NCBI GenBank assembly: GCA_026397015.1
Contig: JAPLVR010000003.1
Span: 128,001-192,000, forward strand
Source: Candidatus Iainarchaeum sp.
GTDB taxonomy: Archaea > Iainarchaeota > Iainarchaeia > Iainarchaeales > JAAZKV01
Reading direction: 5' to 3'
Length of the DNA: 64,000 bases
Numbering within the stretch: the stretch's first letter is position 1; each line of letters starts with the position of its first letter. Below, piece after piece: positions 1-8,959 of this stretch. The notes beneath the pieces were generated by a model. It saw only the letters and a program-made list of their open reading frames with translations. It was not told where the DNA came from and ran no database searches. The position numbers were made by a program, and so were the translations under genes.

Positions 1-23
1 CATCCTATACTTCCGCGCCGGTA

Positions 24-3000
24 ATGCTCTGGCCGGACAGGCAGGCTGTTTTCAATATTACCGTAACAAAAAATATTCTTGGGCCTTCAATCGAAATGGG
101 CGGAGTCTACAATTCTGAGGGCGCGCAGGTTCAAACTCTCGAGGCGGGAAAAAAATATTATGCGAGGATGATTTTGAAGGCGGACAACGAATACTCAAAC
201 GTGCTGATGCATTTCAGGGCGGGCGAAGAAAACCATTTGGACAACGATTTCATCGAAATTGAAAAGGTAGAAGGAGCGGATGTTTATTCCGTTGCCCGCG
301 GCGCAACATACGACCCCGAACAGGGCTATTCATATGATTCGCAAAATCTTGTTGACGGGCCCGCGAAATGGATTAATGCTGAGTGGAGGAACAAAAACTT
401 CGGGGAAGGCGTGCGCGAAGTAAATGTTTGGTTCAGGGTAAAAGATGAAACGCCGCCGAACCAGAAACTAAAATTATTTTGGAGGGCATTGTTCGACAGC
501 AAGAGGCTGCCTGAAAGCAATATTCCGGAAGAATTTTATTCGGACACATACAGCGCCACATACTACGAAGGATTTTCGGAAACATGCGACACGGAATTTT
601 GCTTTACGTCGGAATGGCTTTACTCCCAGAAAGACGAATTATACATGAACCAGCCTTACGCGTTGAGGCAGGTTTTGAAGTACGATTACCACTTCCAAAT
701 CATAAATAACTCACAGTACGATTACATGAAAGGAAAAAAGCCGATTTACATGTACGTTGAAATTGTGGGCGATGAACAGGGCGAGAGAAGGATAAGGATT
801 GAGGATTACAAAATAAAGGACGCGCTCGGAATAGTCGACAGCAATGTTGAAGTGTTTGAAATAAGAAGGGTCGAGTTAAACTCATTCGACAAAAAAACTT
901 CTATTGATACGACAATGACGCTGATGGGATTAAGCGAGGGCGCGGAAACAATAAGGGTAAGGCTTCAATCCGAAGGGGTGGAAATTTTTTCAAAAGACAT
1001 TTCATTCACGATTCCGACTGAAAAGGAAATGAAGGTAACGGTAAAGCCTGATTTTATTCCGGCGCTGAGCAACACGCCGATTGAAGTTGAAGTGAAGGAC
1101 AACAAAAACGCGCCGCTGAGGGATGCGAGCGTAAAGCTGAAAATAAAGGAGCCCGGATTCGAGGAAATAATATTTGACGAGGCGAAAACAGACAGATATG
1201 GAAAAGCAATCGTAAATTCCGGCATGCATTATCCAAACACAACTCTTGTAATTGAAGTGCAAAAGGAAGGGTTCGCGATAAGCACAACAGAGCTCATTGT
1301 TTCCGACAAGGTCGTTGAATTCGAGCCGGCGGAAGCGAGCATTGAATTAAACACCGTAACGAAAAGGGAGGAAACGAAAAGCGTAAAAATAAAAAATCTC
1401 ACGATGAACGACTTCTCGATAAAGGGAATAACATTGGATGCAAAATTCGCCGGGCTGATAAATGAAAATGCATTAAACGCGTGGCTCGAAGAGCTCTCGG
1501 GAGAAATAATTGCAGGGGATGATACGACAGAATTGGATTTGTTAAAAATAAGGCTGGCAAACGACATTACGCCGGAAAATTTCATTGAGCCTGCTTCGAT
1601 TGACGGAACTATTTTGGTTTCATTCGAAGTAAAGGAAACAGGCGCGGCGTACGATGTGGAATTGCCTCTGAAACTCGGCATCAGTTCGGATGCAACGGTT
1701 GAGGACGGATGCATACTCGTCGATAATGCGACACAGTCAAAGGTTACACAGCAGGGGCGCGTAAGCTTTTCATTTGTTTTAACGAACGCCTGCAAATCTG
1801 AAGATGTTGCAATAGGATTGGAAAGTTTGAAGGCGAGCGCCGGTGGCGAAATCAAGGGGCTCACGGAACTTTCACTACAAAGCCTTGGCGGCGGAACAAC
1901 GGGGAGAACGGCGCTCGACCAGACACAGAGAATTACTTTCGGCAGGGTTTCGCCCGGAGAAAAAATTGCAGGAACTGTTACTTATGTTCCGTCGATGGAT
2001 GCGGCAGGGAGTTCAGTAACAATAATAGTTGCAATCGAGGGCGCCTATGCGGGAAAAAAACTGAAAACAAATCCGGCGGCTTTGAATTTTACCGTAGATG
2101 TAATTAATTTGAAGGAGTGCATGAGCATAAGCAGCAACCCCGGGCCGGTTGAATTTGACGCCTCAACAACGGTAACTGTCGACGCTTCCGGATGCCCGAA
2201 ACAACAGATTGATGTTATTTTATGCAAAGGGGATTCAGGATGCTCCGGCGGCGCGGAAGGCTCGATAAATTTGAGCAAGAAAAGTTTTACACTGAAAGAA
2301 AATTCTGAAACCATTACCGTTTCTTCTCCTTCGATTGCCGGCGCTTACGGCGTAACTGTTCATGCAAGGGCGAAAGGAAGCGGCTCCTACATTTATATCG
2401 GGGAAGTTCCTGTTTCATTTAACCCGTCGGAAGGAAAATATTTCAAGCTTAACAAATACGAATTAAATTTGTATGGGAAGGGTTCAAAGGACGCAGTAAT
2501 TCTTACAAACAAATTGCTTTTGGAAAGCGTTGACGTAAAGGCGGACGAATGCGCATGGGGCAAACAGGACGCCGGATTCGATTGGGCGAGCGGGCTGGTC
2601 GGCGCGGGCATCGGTGCAGGGCTGGCATATATGGTTACAGGCGCACTCCCAATGTCAACGATTTATGGTGGGGGATGGATTTCCGGAGGATTAATAATAG
2701 GCGCAGGAATAGCGGGATTGCTGATTGGCGGCAACATGGGTTATGAATGCGCGGACCATTACCAGGTAAATCCGATGAATGATTTCATAATATTTTTACA
2801 GGGAGATACGATAAATATCAACGGAGAAGAAAAGCAAATTCCCGGAGATGCGGGGGCGCTGGGTTTCAGCGTTCCGAAAATAGGGGCGGGCTGGAACTTT
2901 GAAGATGCGGAATATTCAGCCGAAGAAACTGTCGGAATAACTTTTTCAAATTCGGGGCTCAATGACCCGAAACCGAAATACGGATTGCTTACAATCAACG

Positions 3001-5315
3001 CGACCGAGCACGTGCACGGGGATCCGTTGCACACAAAAAGATTGGGCGGAGCAATCGGGGGAGCGGCTTCTACCCCGGTCGGAACAGGAACGCCCACTGG
3101 CACAGGCACTGCTACCGGGACAGGTGGAGCATCAACAAGCCCTGCAAATAATTTGACAACGAAAGCAAAGAAGGCATCATTCATACTTGGGATGGGCGAA
3201 GGCACGGACAATGGAGAAACTTTGCAAGGAGATGTAGATTGTAAAAGTGACACTTTCGGAAAATATTGGATTGGCGCGGGAGAAGACCAGGGAGCATGCG
3301 AAGGGGCAGCGGACAACGATTATTCCCAGCAATTCAGAATGAGGGTTTTGAGCGGCGAGGCTGTTGACCAGGACGCATATTTGAAGAAGGCGACAAGCTG
3401 CTACAACGGAGCAGTTGCCGGCTCAACCGGAAAGGATGCCGTTCCAAGGATAAAATTGAATTGGGAATGGACTAACATAAAGAGCGATTCTTGTGATTAC
3501 GGCAACAATGATTACATTTACTGCGATGCTTCACAGTTCAGCATTGAGGTTTCGAAAAAACTTGCGATACTTGCGGATTTCTTCAACAAAAATCCGAGTT
3601 TCCAGTGTCCCCCGGATCCTGCGGAGAAGGAAATAAAGGAACAAACCGAAATCATAAACGGAAAGCCGGCGAGCGTTGCTGGAGGAAGCATTGGAGTAAA
3701 AGAAATTTCTGCCTTGGTGGACCCTAGCACTGACAATACAAAAATAACTGTAAGCGTGGAAAACAAAACATCCACTTCCGCCTCTGCAACAATAAATATG
3801 ATAGTGCGCGGAAAAACAAATTCCCCTCCGGTTACGCACCAGCAAACATTCGCAGTAGGAGTAACAACTGTTGAATTTACGGCAATAACACAGAAATACA
3901 ACGGGCCTTACTTCGTTTCTGCGGCTGTAAGCGGCGCCCTCTCCAACAATCAAAGCGTTACAAGAATTTTCACAAACAGAGATACGCCAAGCGGCTGCTG
4001 GCTTGACCCGAGCACAAAAATGGTCGGAGGAAAACCCGCGATATTTTACTACATTGACACTAATAATATCGGAAGCGTTGTTTGGACCGAAAAAATAACT
4101 AATTTAGAGGCGCTGCACAATGCGCTGCTGTTCAAGGCATACCTGATAAAGGACGGTTATGGGGAAACTTTTAGAAAAGACTTCAGGGATTATTATTTGA
4201 AAACTTTCCTGCAGGCGCCGGTAACAACGGAAGAAAAAAGCATAGTGGAAAACTTTGATTCGGGCAAATTTTCATTCAAGAAAAAATACCTGAACAGTTC
4301 GGATGTTGAAGCAGGATTGTATGAAGTAAGATTCAATATTGATTCAAATGAAACCTTCAGAATACTGAGGGCGGATGGAACGCTAAACGGAAATGTCGGA
4401 GTGGAATTGCTTTTGGTAAAGAAGCCGCCAATAGAATACCCGTTTTACAGCATTCCTTTCGACGGTGTGCTTGGAAAAGAAAACGGAAGAACAGGATACG
4501 GTTCGGTGTATAACAATGAAAATGGCGAGCTCTTATTCGGGGGGGAAGCAAGCACATTTGAAAGCGCAAGCGGAAACGGAATTGTAAATGTGAAGACAAG
4601 GGTCCCGAACGATTTGGCTTCGCTGACTTCATTTGCGAGCACCAGAGGGCAATTGCTTTCAGCCGCAGCATCCGGCGGAAATGCGGAAATAATATTTTCT
4701 CCAAATTACGCGACGCCTGTAATCGGAAAATACTCATTGAACGAAGGCACTTCCGGAATATTCGGATTCACCGTAAATCAGGGAGGAACTCCGAAGGCAA
4801 CGGGCGGCAACATGACATACTGGACAGGCGCAGCAAAGAGCAAAAGCTTCGACGGAGGGAACGCTGTTCAGGTTTACAATGATACCCCCGATTACCAGAT
4901 GGATGAAACGAGCGGAGTTTCACAGCCGAACGTTACATACGGGTTCAAATGGGATGAAGCTTCAATTGGCGGAACGATTTACCTAAAAACAATAATTTAT
5001 ACGCCCATAAACGAAGTGTACAGCATAATCGGCGAATCAGGCACCGAGTTCTGGACCCCGGACAGCGAGTTCTCCGGAAATGTGGAACTTTCGGGAATAA
5101 GCGGGATGCAATACAACAGCAGACAGGGCGGAGGAAAAATAAGAACGCTTGAAGAAATTTTCGATCTCGTGAAAAAGGAAAAGGTTTGCGTAACAAATAA
5201 CGGAAGCAACGCTTCCTTCTGGTGGAATCCGAAAACAATTGCAACCTCGGTCGGCAGCGCGGGCAACAGCGTTGAAACGAAAGAGGATTTTCTCGGCGGA
5301 AGCGCTTTAAAGTAA
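24..5315 (+). CDS. Giant Cys-containing, beta-rich putative surface protein (paralog A); 5' end probably lies before the window
   Basis: 1763-aa ORF; the frame is open back to the window start (SYTSAPV before M). Ig-like low-complexity stretches. C-terminal blocks are shared with 20162..26947 and 55518..61043 (SC..G..G..GK...P...L.W.W, PFDG..G, LE..F.....VC.......WN). Confidence 0.85.
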   Translation: MLWPDRQAVFNITVTKNILGPSIEMGGVYNSEGAQVQTLEAGKKYYARMILKADNEYSNVLMHFRAGEENHLDNDFIEIEKVEGADVYSVARGATYDPEQGYSYDSQNLVDGPAKWINAEWRNKNFGEGVREVNVWFRVKDETPPNQKLKLFWRALFDSKRLPESNIPEEFYSDTYSATYYEGFSETCDTEFCFTSEWLYSQKDELYMNQPYALRQVLKYDYHFQIINNSQYDYMKGKKPIYMYVEIVGDEQGERRIRIEDYKIKDALGIVDSNVEVFEIRRVELNSFDKKTSIDTTMTLMGLSEGAETIRVRLQSEGVEIFSKDISFTIPTEKEMKVTVKPDFIPALSNTPIEVEVKDNKNAPLRDASVKLKIKEPGFEEIIFDEAKTDRYGKAIVNSGMHYPNTTLVIEVQKEGFAISTTELIVSDKVVEFEPAEASIELNTVTKREETKSVKIKNLTMNDFSIKGITLDAKFAGLINENALNAWLEELSGEIIAGDDTTELDLLKIRLANDITPENFIEPASIDGTILVSFEVKETGAAYDVELPLKLGISSDATVEDGCILVDNATQSKVTQQGRVSFSFVLTNACKSEDVAIGLESLKASAGGEIKGLTELSLQSLGGGTTGRTALDQTQRITFGRVSPGEKIAGTVTYVPSMDAAGSSVTIIVAIEGAYAGKKLKTNPAALNFTVDVINLKECMSISSNPGPVEFDASTTVTVDASGCPKQQIDVILCKGDSGCSGGAEGSINLSKKSFTLKENSETITVSSPSIAGAYGVTVHARAKGSGSYIYIGEVPVSFNPSEGKYFKLNKYELNLYGKGSKDAVILTNKLLLESVDVKADECAWGKQDAGFDWASGLVGAGIGAGLAYMVTGALPMSTIYGGGWISGGLIIGAGIAGLLIGGNMGYECADHYQVNPMNDFIIFLQGDTININGEEKQIPGDAGALGFSVPKIGAGWNFEDAEYSAEETVGITFSNSGLNDPKPKYGLLTINATEHVHGDPLHTKRLGGAIGGAASTPVGTGTPTGTGTATGTGGASTSPANNLTTKAKKASFILGMGEGTDNGETLQGDVDCKSDTFGKYWIGAGEDQGACEGAADNDYSQQFRMRVLSGEAVDQDAYLKKATSCYNGAVAGSTGKDAVPRIKLNWEWTNIKSDSCDYGNNDYIYCDASQFSIEVSKKLAILADFFNKNPSFQCPPDPAEKEIKEQTEIINGKPASVAGGSIGVKEISALVDPSTDNTKITVSVENKTSTSASATINMIVRGKTNSPPVTHQQTFAVGVTTVEFTAITQKYNGPYFVSAAVSGALSNNQSVTRIFTNRDTPSGCWLDPSTKMVGGKPAIFYYIDTNNIGSVVWTEKITNLEALHNALLFKAYLIKDGYGETFRKDFRDYYLKTFLQAPVTTEEKSIVENFDSGKFSFKKKYLNSSDVEAGLYEVRFNIDSNETFRILRADGTLNGNVGVELLLVKKPPIEYPFYSIPFDGVLGKENGRTGYGSVYNNENGELLFGGEASTFESASGNGIVNVKTRVPNDLASLTSFASTRGQLLSAAASGGNAEIIFSPNYATPVIGKYSLNEGTSGIFGFTVNQGGTPKATGGNMTYWTGAAKSKSFDGGNAVQVYNDTPDYQMDETSGVSQPNVTYGFKWDEASIGGTIYLKTIIYTPINEVYSIIGESGTEFWTPDSEFSGNVELSGISGMQYNSRQGGGKIRTLEEIFDLVKKEKVCVTNNGSNASFWWNPKTIATSVGSAGNSVETKEDFLGGSALK

Positions 5316-5408
5316 TTGCCTCGGGCGCGCCAAAAATTTAGTGAAATTGCGGGCGGGTGCGAAAACAAATTCTTTTATATTCGAAAAAACTATTATTAGC
5401 TGATAAAA

Positions 5409-5846
5409 ATGTTTGAACCTACAATGCTGGCGCTGCCTGTTTCGCTCTTCATCTTGAGCTTTGGGGAACTCGCAATTGACTTGAACATAGTGCTCAAAAT
5501 ATTTGTGATGATGACAATAATTTCTTATATTACGCAGCACCTCGGGAGGGGCCCGCTCGCGGTTCTCCTGATACTCGGAATAAGCTGGTTCGTGCTATTT
5601 GATTACTGGAAATTTTTCGGCGGAATATATGTTTTATATGTTTTGGTAACATTCGGGGCAGCCTCAATCCTGATTGACTTCTTCTTTGTAAGCGGGGGGC
5701 AGCAGCCGCCGCAGGGAATGGAACAGGAACAAGCGGAAGGAGGCATCTCACACGGACTGGATTTCCAAAAAAGAAACGCGACATTCGTTCACGCAAGGCA
5801 AAGCGTCGCGCAAAACATGCTTAGAAGAAGGGGGCCGATGGGCTAA
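5409..5846 (+). CDS. Small multi-pass membrane protein (TFG-motif paralog 1)
   Basis: 145 aa, several hydrophobic segments, polar C-tail. Confidence 0.8.
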   Translation: MFEPTMLALPVSLFILSFGELAIDLNIVLKIFVMMTIISYITQHLGRGPLAVLLILGISWFVLFDYWKFFGGIYVLYVLVTFGAASILIDFFFVSGGQQPPQGMEQEQAEGGISHGLDFQKRNATFVHARQSVAQNMLRRRGPMG

Positions 5847-5861
5847 GCTGTTCTGCGGCAA

Positions 5862-6022
5862 AAAAAGGGCAAAATTGGAAAGTCAAAGTAGGGGGTAAAA
5901 AGGGAAAAAAGAATGAAAAAGATTTTGTGAAAAAAGAATGAAAAAGATTTTATGGAAAAAGTGAATAAGAAAATATGAAAAAAAATGAAAAAAATTTTGT
6001 GGAAAAAATGAATAAAAAAAAT
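5862..6022. repeat. A-rich degenerate intergenic tandem repeat
   Basis: aaaaaagaatgaaaaagatttt-like unit repeated with decay. Confidence 0.6.
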
Positions 6023-6033
6023 TGGTGAAAAGG

Positions 6034-6357
6034 ATGAATGAAAAAGGAAATTTGATATTAATAATTCTCTTTGGAATGGCTTTGCTGGTACTGCTGCTTC
6101 CCGCAGTAATGTACGCTTTTGAGCCGGCCGACTTCATAATAAGAATAATTCTTGCGTTCCTGATATTTACCACGGTAAGGGGCTATCTCGGAACAGGGAC
6201 AGTTTCCCTGCTTGTAACAGGAATATTGATTTACATATTGGTGATAAAACACGCGTATATTGCCGCCAGCGGCGCATTTATTCTCATGGTACTTTTAACA
6301 TTCGGGCTCTTCAGCGTGGTTGTTTGGGGAATAGGAATGAACATGCGCGGGCGATAA
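6034..6357 (+). CDS. Small multi-pass membrane protein (TFG-motif paralog 2)
   Basis: ATG at 6034 after GGTGA; almost entirely hydrophobic; aligns by eye with 5409..5846. Confidence 0.8.
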   Translation: MNEKGNLILIILFGMALLVLLLPAVMYAFEPADFIIRIILAFLIFTTVRGYLGTGTVSLLVTGILIYILVIKHAYIAASGAFILMVLLTFGLFSVVVWGIGMNMRGR

Positions 6358-6449
6358 TTTTGCCGGCATGGTAAGGTTTATTAGCAATAAAAACGTATAA
6401 TTTATCGGGAAAGAAGGAAATAGTGTTTGAAAAGGAACAGGTGATTTGA

Positions 6450-6710
6450 ATGGCTTTTGATATTGTAAGCGCACTAAGCGGCGAAGATTTCGGCTCCAGC
6501 ATTGCGCTCGCTTTGTTGATAATTTATTTCCTGTGGCTTTTCTCATGGGGAAAGAAACAAGTTGGAATAAAGATAGGAATACTTGTCGCGTTGACGCTCA
6601 CCTACCTCATATTTTACACCAACGAGTGGCTCATCTGGATCCCTGTAATCGGCTTCCTGTTGATAACATTCGGAAAGGAACTGCTGGAGAGAATTCCGAA
6701 AGCAAAATAA
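6450..6710 (+). CDS. Small multi-pass membrane protein (TFG-motif paralog 3)
   Basis: 86 aa, AGGTGA RBS, three hydrophobic segments, LLITFG. Confidence 0.8.
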   Translation: MAFDIVSALSGEDFGSSIALALLIIYFLWLFSWGKKQVGIKIGILVALTLTYLIFYTNEWLIWIPVIGFLLITFGKELLERIPKAK

Positions 6711-6808
6711 GAAAATTTATTTTGATTTTTGATTTAGTCGGTAATTTGGTATTTGATTTAGTAAATAGTTTGATTTATTTTGTAGTTTGATTTCCGAGAA
6801 GTGATTGG

Positions 6809-7147
6809 ATGGATTTGGTCAACTATTTGATTTCGATGCTGCTTGTCGGCATTGCCTTCCAGCTCGACCAGGCGTGGATTGCAGTCGGAATAGTGATAAT
6901 CCTGATAGTTGCGTCAAAAGACGTGAAGGCAAGCATCTTCATGGCATTTTCTGTTTTCGTGCTCTACTGGGTAATGGGAATAGGAATGAATGATTACTGG
7001 CTCTTTGCGATGCTCGGGCTGGTCGCAATAGGGTATGTGATAGGGCTTGGAAAGGAAGAGGCGGGGGGAGGAGCCGAAGGAATGCCAATGGACCCTTACG
7101 GTGGAATGGGCGGCGGTTACGGGGGATTGGGCGGCCTCGGGATGTAA
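6809..7147 (+). CDS. Small membrane protein with Gly-rich tail
   Basis: 112 aa, about four short hydrophobic helices, tail MPMDPYGGMGGGYGGLGGLGM. Confidence 0.8.
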   Translation: MDLVNYLISMLLVGIAFQLDQAWIAVGIVIILIVASKDVKASIFMAFSVFVLYWVMGIGMNDYWLFAMLGLVAIGYVIGLGKEEAGGGAEGMPMDPYGGMGGGYGGLGGLGM

Positions 7148-7206
7148 TGCTTGAGCTGGCTGAATTTTATTGCGAAAAAGTTTTTATTGCAAAAGAAGGC
7201 GCTAAA

Positions 7207-7548
7207 ATGAAGGCATACACTCTAATCGCTTTTTTGGTTGTCGGCTTCTTTTTTCTTTTCATAGGGGTTGAAATGCTCGGCTGGCTTTTCCTGATTCTTG
7301 CAATGGCTTCACTTTTCTACATGATTGTCAAGACGAAGGCGAAAAGCGCGTGGGAAGAAATGAAAGAAGCGGAAGGCCCTTACCCCGAAGGAAAAATAAC
7401 GGAATACGCCAAAAACATTGCCGGCTTGTTCGCCGACAAAATAACTGACACCAAAGAAGAGAAGGAATACAGCGCGGAAAGGGCAGTGAGAAGAATTCCG
7501 CACGGCGCGGAAAAGGCGCGCTCGGAATTCAAAAAGGTTTTCAAGTGA
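7207..7548 (+). CDS. Two-TM protein with charged C-terminal region
   Basis: ORF track gives 7147..7548; likely start MKAYT at 7207. Confidence 0.7.
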   Translation: MKAYTLIAFLVVGFFFLFIGVEMLGWLFLILAMASLFYMIVKTKAKSAWEEMKEAEGPYPEGKITEYAKNIAGLFADKITDTKEEKEYSAERAVRRIPHGAEKARSEFKKVFK

Positions 7549-7553
7549 GTTAA

Positions 7554-8225
7554 ATGCCTTTCTTCAAAAAAAAATTGGTCCAAAAAATAATTAAAGAAAA
7601 TCCAAACATTGACCGATATAAGTTGGAAAAAGAAGCCGGTCAAAGCAAAAAAGGCAAAAGAATAATTTACGGGCACCGGAAAATGTATTTTTGTATACAC
7701 AGTTCGTTAAAAGAGATTGATCGGGATTTTGGGCACAATCTGATCAAAGAGATAAATCTGCTCAAAAAAACGAATAGAAACAAAAAAATAAGAATATTGG
7801 ATTGGGGTTGCGGAACGGGGCGCGCAATACGCGAACTCGCCCTCCAAAACAAGAGAATGGAATTTATAGGATTTTCAAAGGACTCGTATATCGAATGGAA
7901 AAATTATTCACGCAAAAACTTGAAATTTGCCCACACAACATTTCCAATACTTGAAAGGTACCTCAAAAAAAATCCAGTGCACTTGATGTACAGCCGTTTA
8001 GGCATAACGCACTTAGCGGAGGAGAGCACTAAATTTGAGTCTATTAAATTAATAAATCACTTGATGAAACTAAGAGAGGGGCTTATTATTGGGGGAAAAA
8101 TACTAATAGCCGGCGAAATAGGAGATATTGCTAAGGAAACTCTCGAAAAAAGTGGCTTTGCGGTTGAATTCAGAGATAGGCCAAAATATGAAGAAAAGAT
8201 TTCAGTTTTGACTAGAATCAAATAA
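7554..8225 (+). CDS. Class I SAM-dependent methyltransferase
   Basis: Motif I ILDWGCGTG; Lys-rich N-terminus. Confidence 0.8.
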   Translation: MPFFKKKLVQKIIKENPNIDRYKLEKEAGQSKKGKRIIYGHRKMYFCIHSSLKEIDRDFGHNLIKEINLLKKTNRNKKIRILDWGCGTGRAIRELALQNKRMEFIGFSKDSYIEWKNYSRKNLKFAHTTFPILERYLKKNPVHLMYSRLGITHLAEESTKFESIKLINHLMKLREGLIIGGKILIAGEIGDIAKETLEKSGFAVEFRDRPKYEEKISVLTRIK

Positions 8226-8276
8226 AAAGATTTCCATCGCCCCTGCAAAATGTCAAAGATACAAAAAAATAATGTA

Positions 8277-8783
8277 TCATCTTCGCGCTTCCAAATCAGT
8301 CAGCATTTTCCTGTTAATCTCGAGGATTTTTTCCATCAAATCTTTTGTGGCATTGGCTGTTGCGCCGACTTCCTCCATCTTTGACTGAAGCTCGTTCAAT
8401 TTTGAAAGAATCGCGGGGTCTTGCGCCGCAGCCGGCATATTGGAAACGGCCGATTTTACCTCATCAAGTTTTGCATGAACTTCATCGAGCTTTTGTCCGT
8501 GCATATCAAGAACATTGTGAACGGCAGTATCCTGAAGAGCCTCGGTTTGCGCGTGCGTTTCAAATTCTTCCTTCATCAAATTTACATTGCCGAATTGCTG
8601 CCGAGCCATTGAAGGCGTCTGTGATTGGGGCGCAGGCTGCGCCGAGGAAACTTCCTGAATTATTCTTTGCGCGTCGCCGTCCGAAAGCCCTATGTCCATC
8701 AAAGTGGAAGCTATCGTTTGATTGTCAATCTTTGAATCAAGCATCCTTTTTACAGTGTCGCGCACAACCTGTTCGTTGACCAA
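8277..8783 (-). CDS. Hypothetical protein: small helical N-domain plus coiled coil
   Basis: 168 aa, GGTG-type RBS, heptad-like C-terminal half. Confidence 0.75.
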   Translation of the reverse strand: MVNEQVVRDTVKRMLDSKIDNQTIASTLMDIGLSDGDAQRIIQEVSSAQPAPQSQTPSMARQQFGNVNLMKEEFETHAQTEALQDTAVHNVLDMHGQKLDEVHAKLDEVKSAVSNMPAAAQDPAILSKLNELQSKMEEVGATANATKDLMEKILEINRKMLTDLEARR

Positions 8784-8959
8784 TCATACCACCAAAAAAC
8801 AACCAAAGCGAAGACTCGTTGGCTTTTAATATTAGTAATTAATCCTATTTAAATTATCGCTTTTCAGGACGCGGGCGCCAAAGAAAGGCATAAATAAGCA
8901 AAAGTCCATATTACTAAAAGAAAAATTAATGAAAAAAATTGCGGTTAGCGGTGCAAAAA

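Noticed and set aside
5318-5365. GCCTCGG-starting GC-rich stretch as the 5' partner of the orphan tRNA half
   Set aside because: No U8/A9, D-arm or anticodon arm follows.
6034-6075. Class III (type IV pilin) signal peptide in MNEKG-NLILIIL
   Set aside because: Weak match, the protein is polytopic and its paralogues lack the motif; not supportable without a FlaFind-type test.
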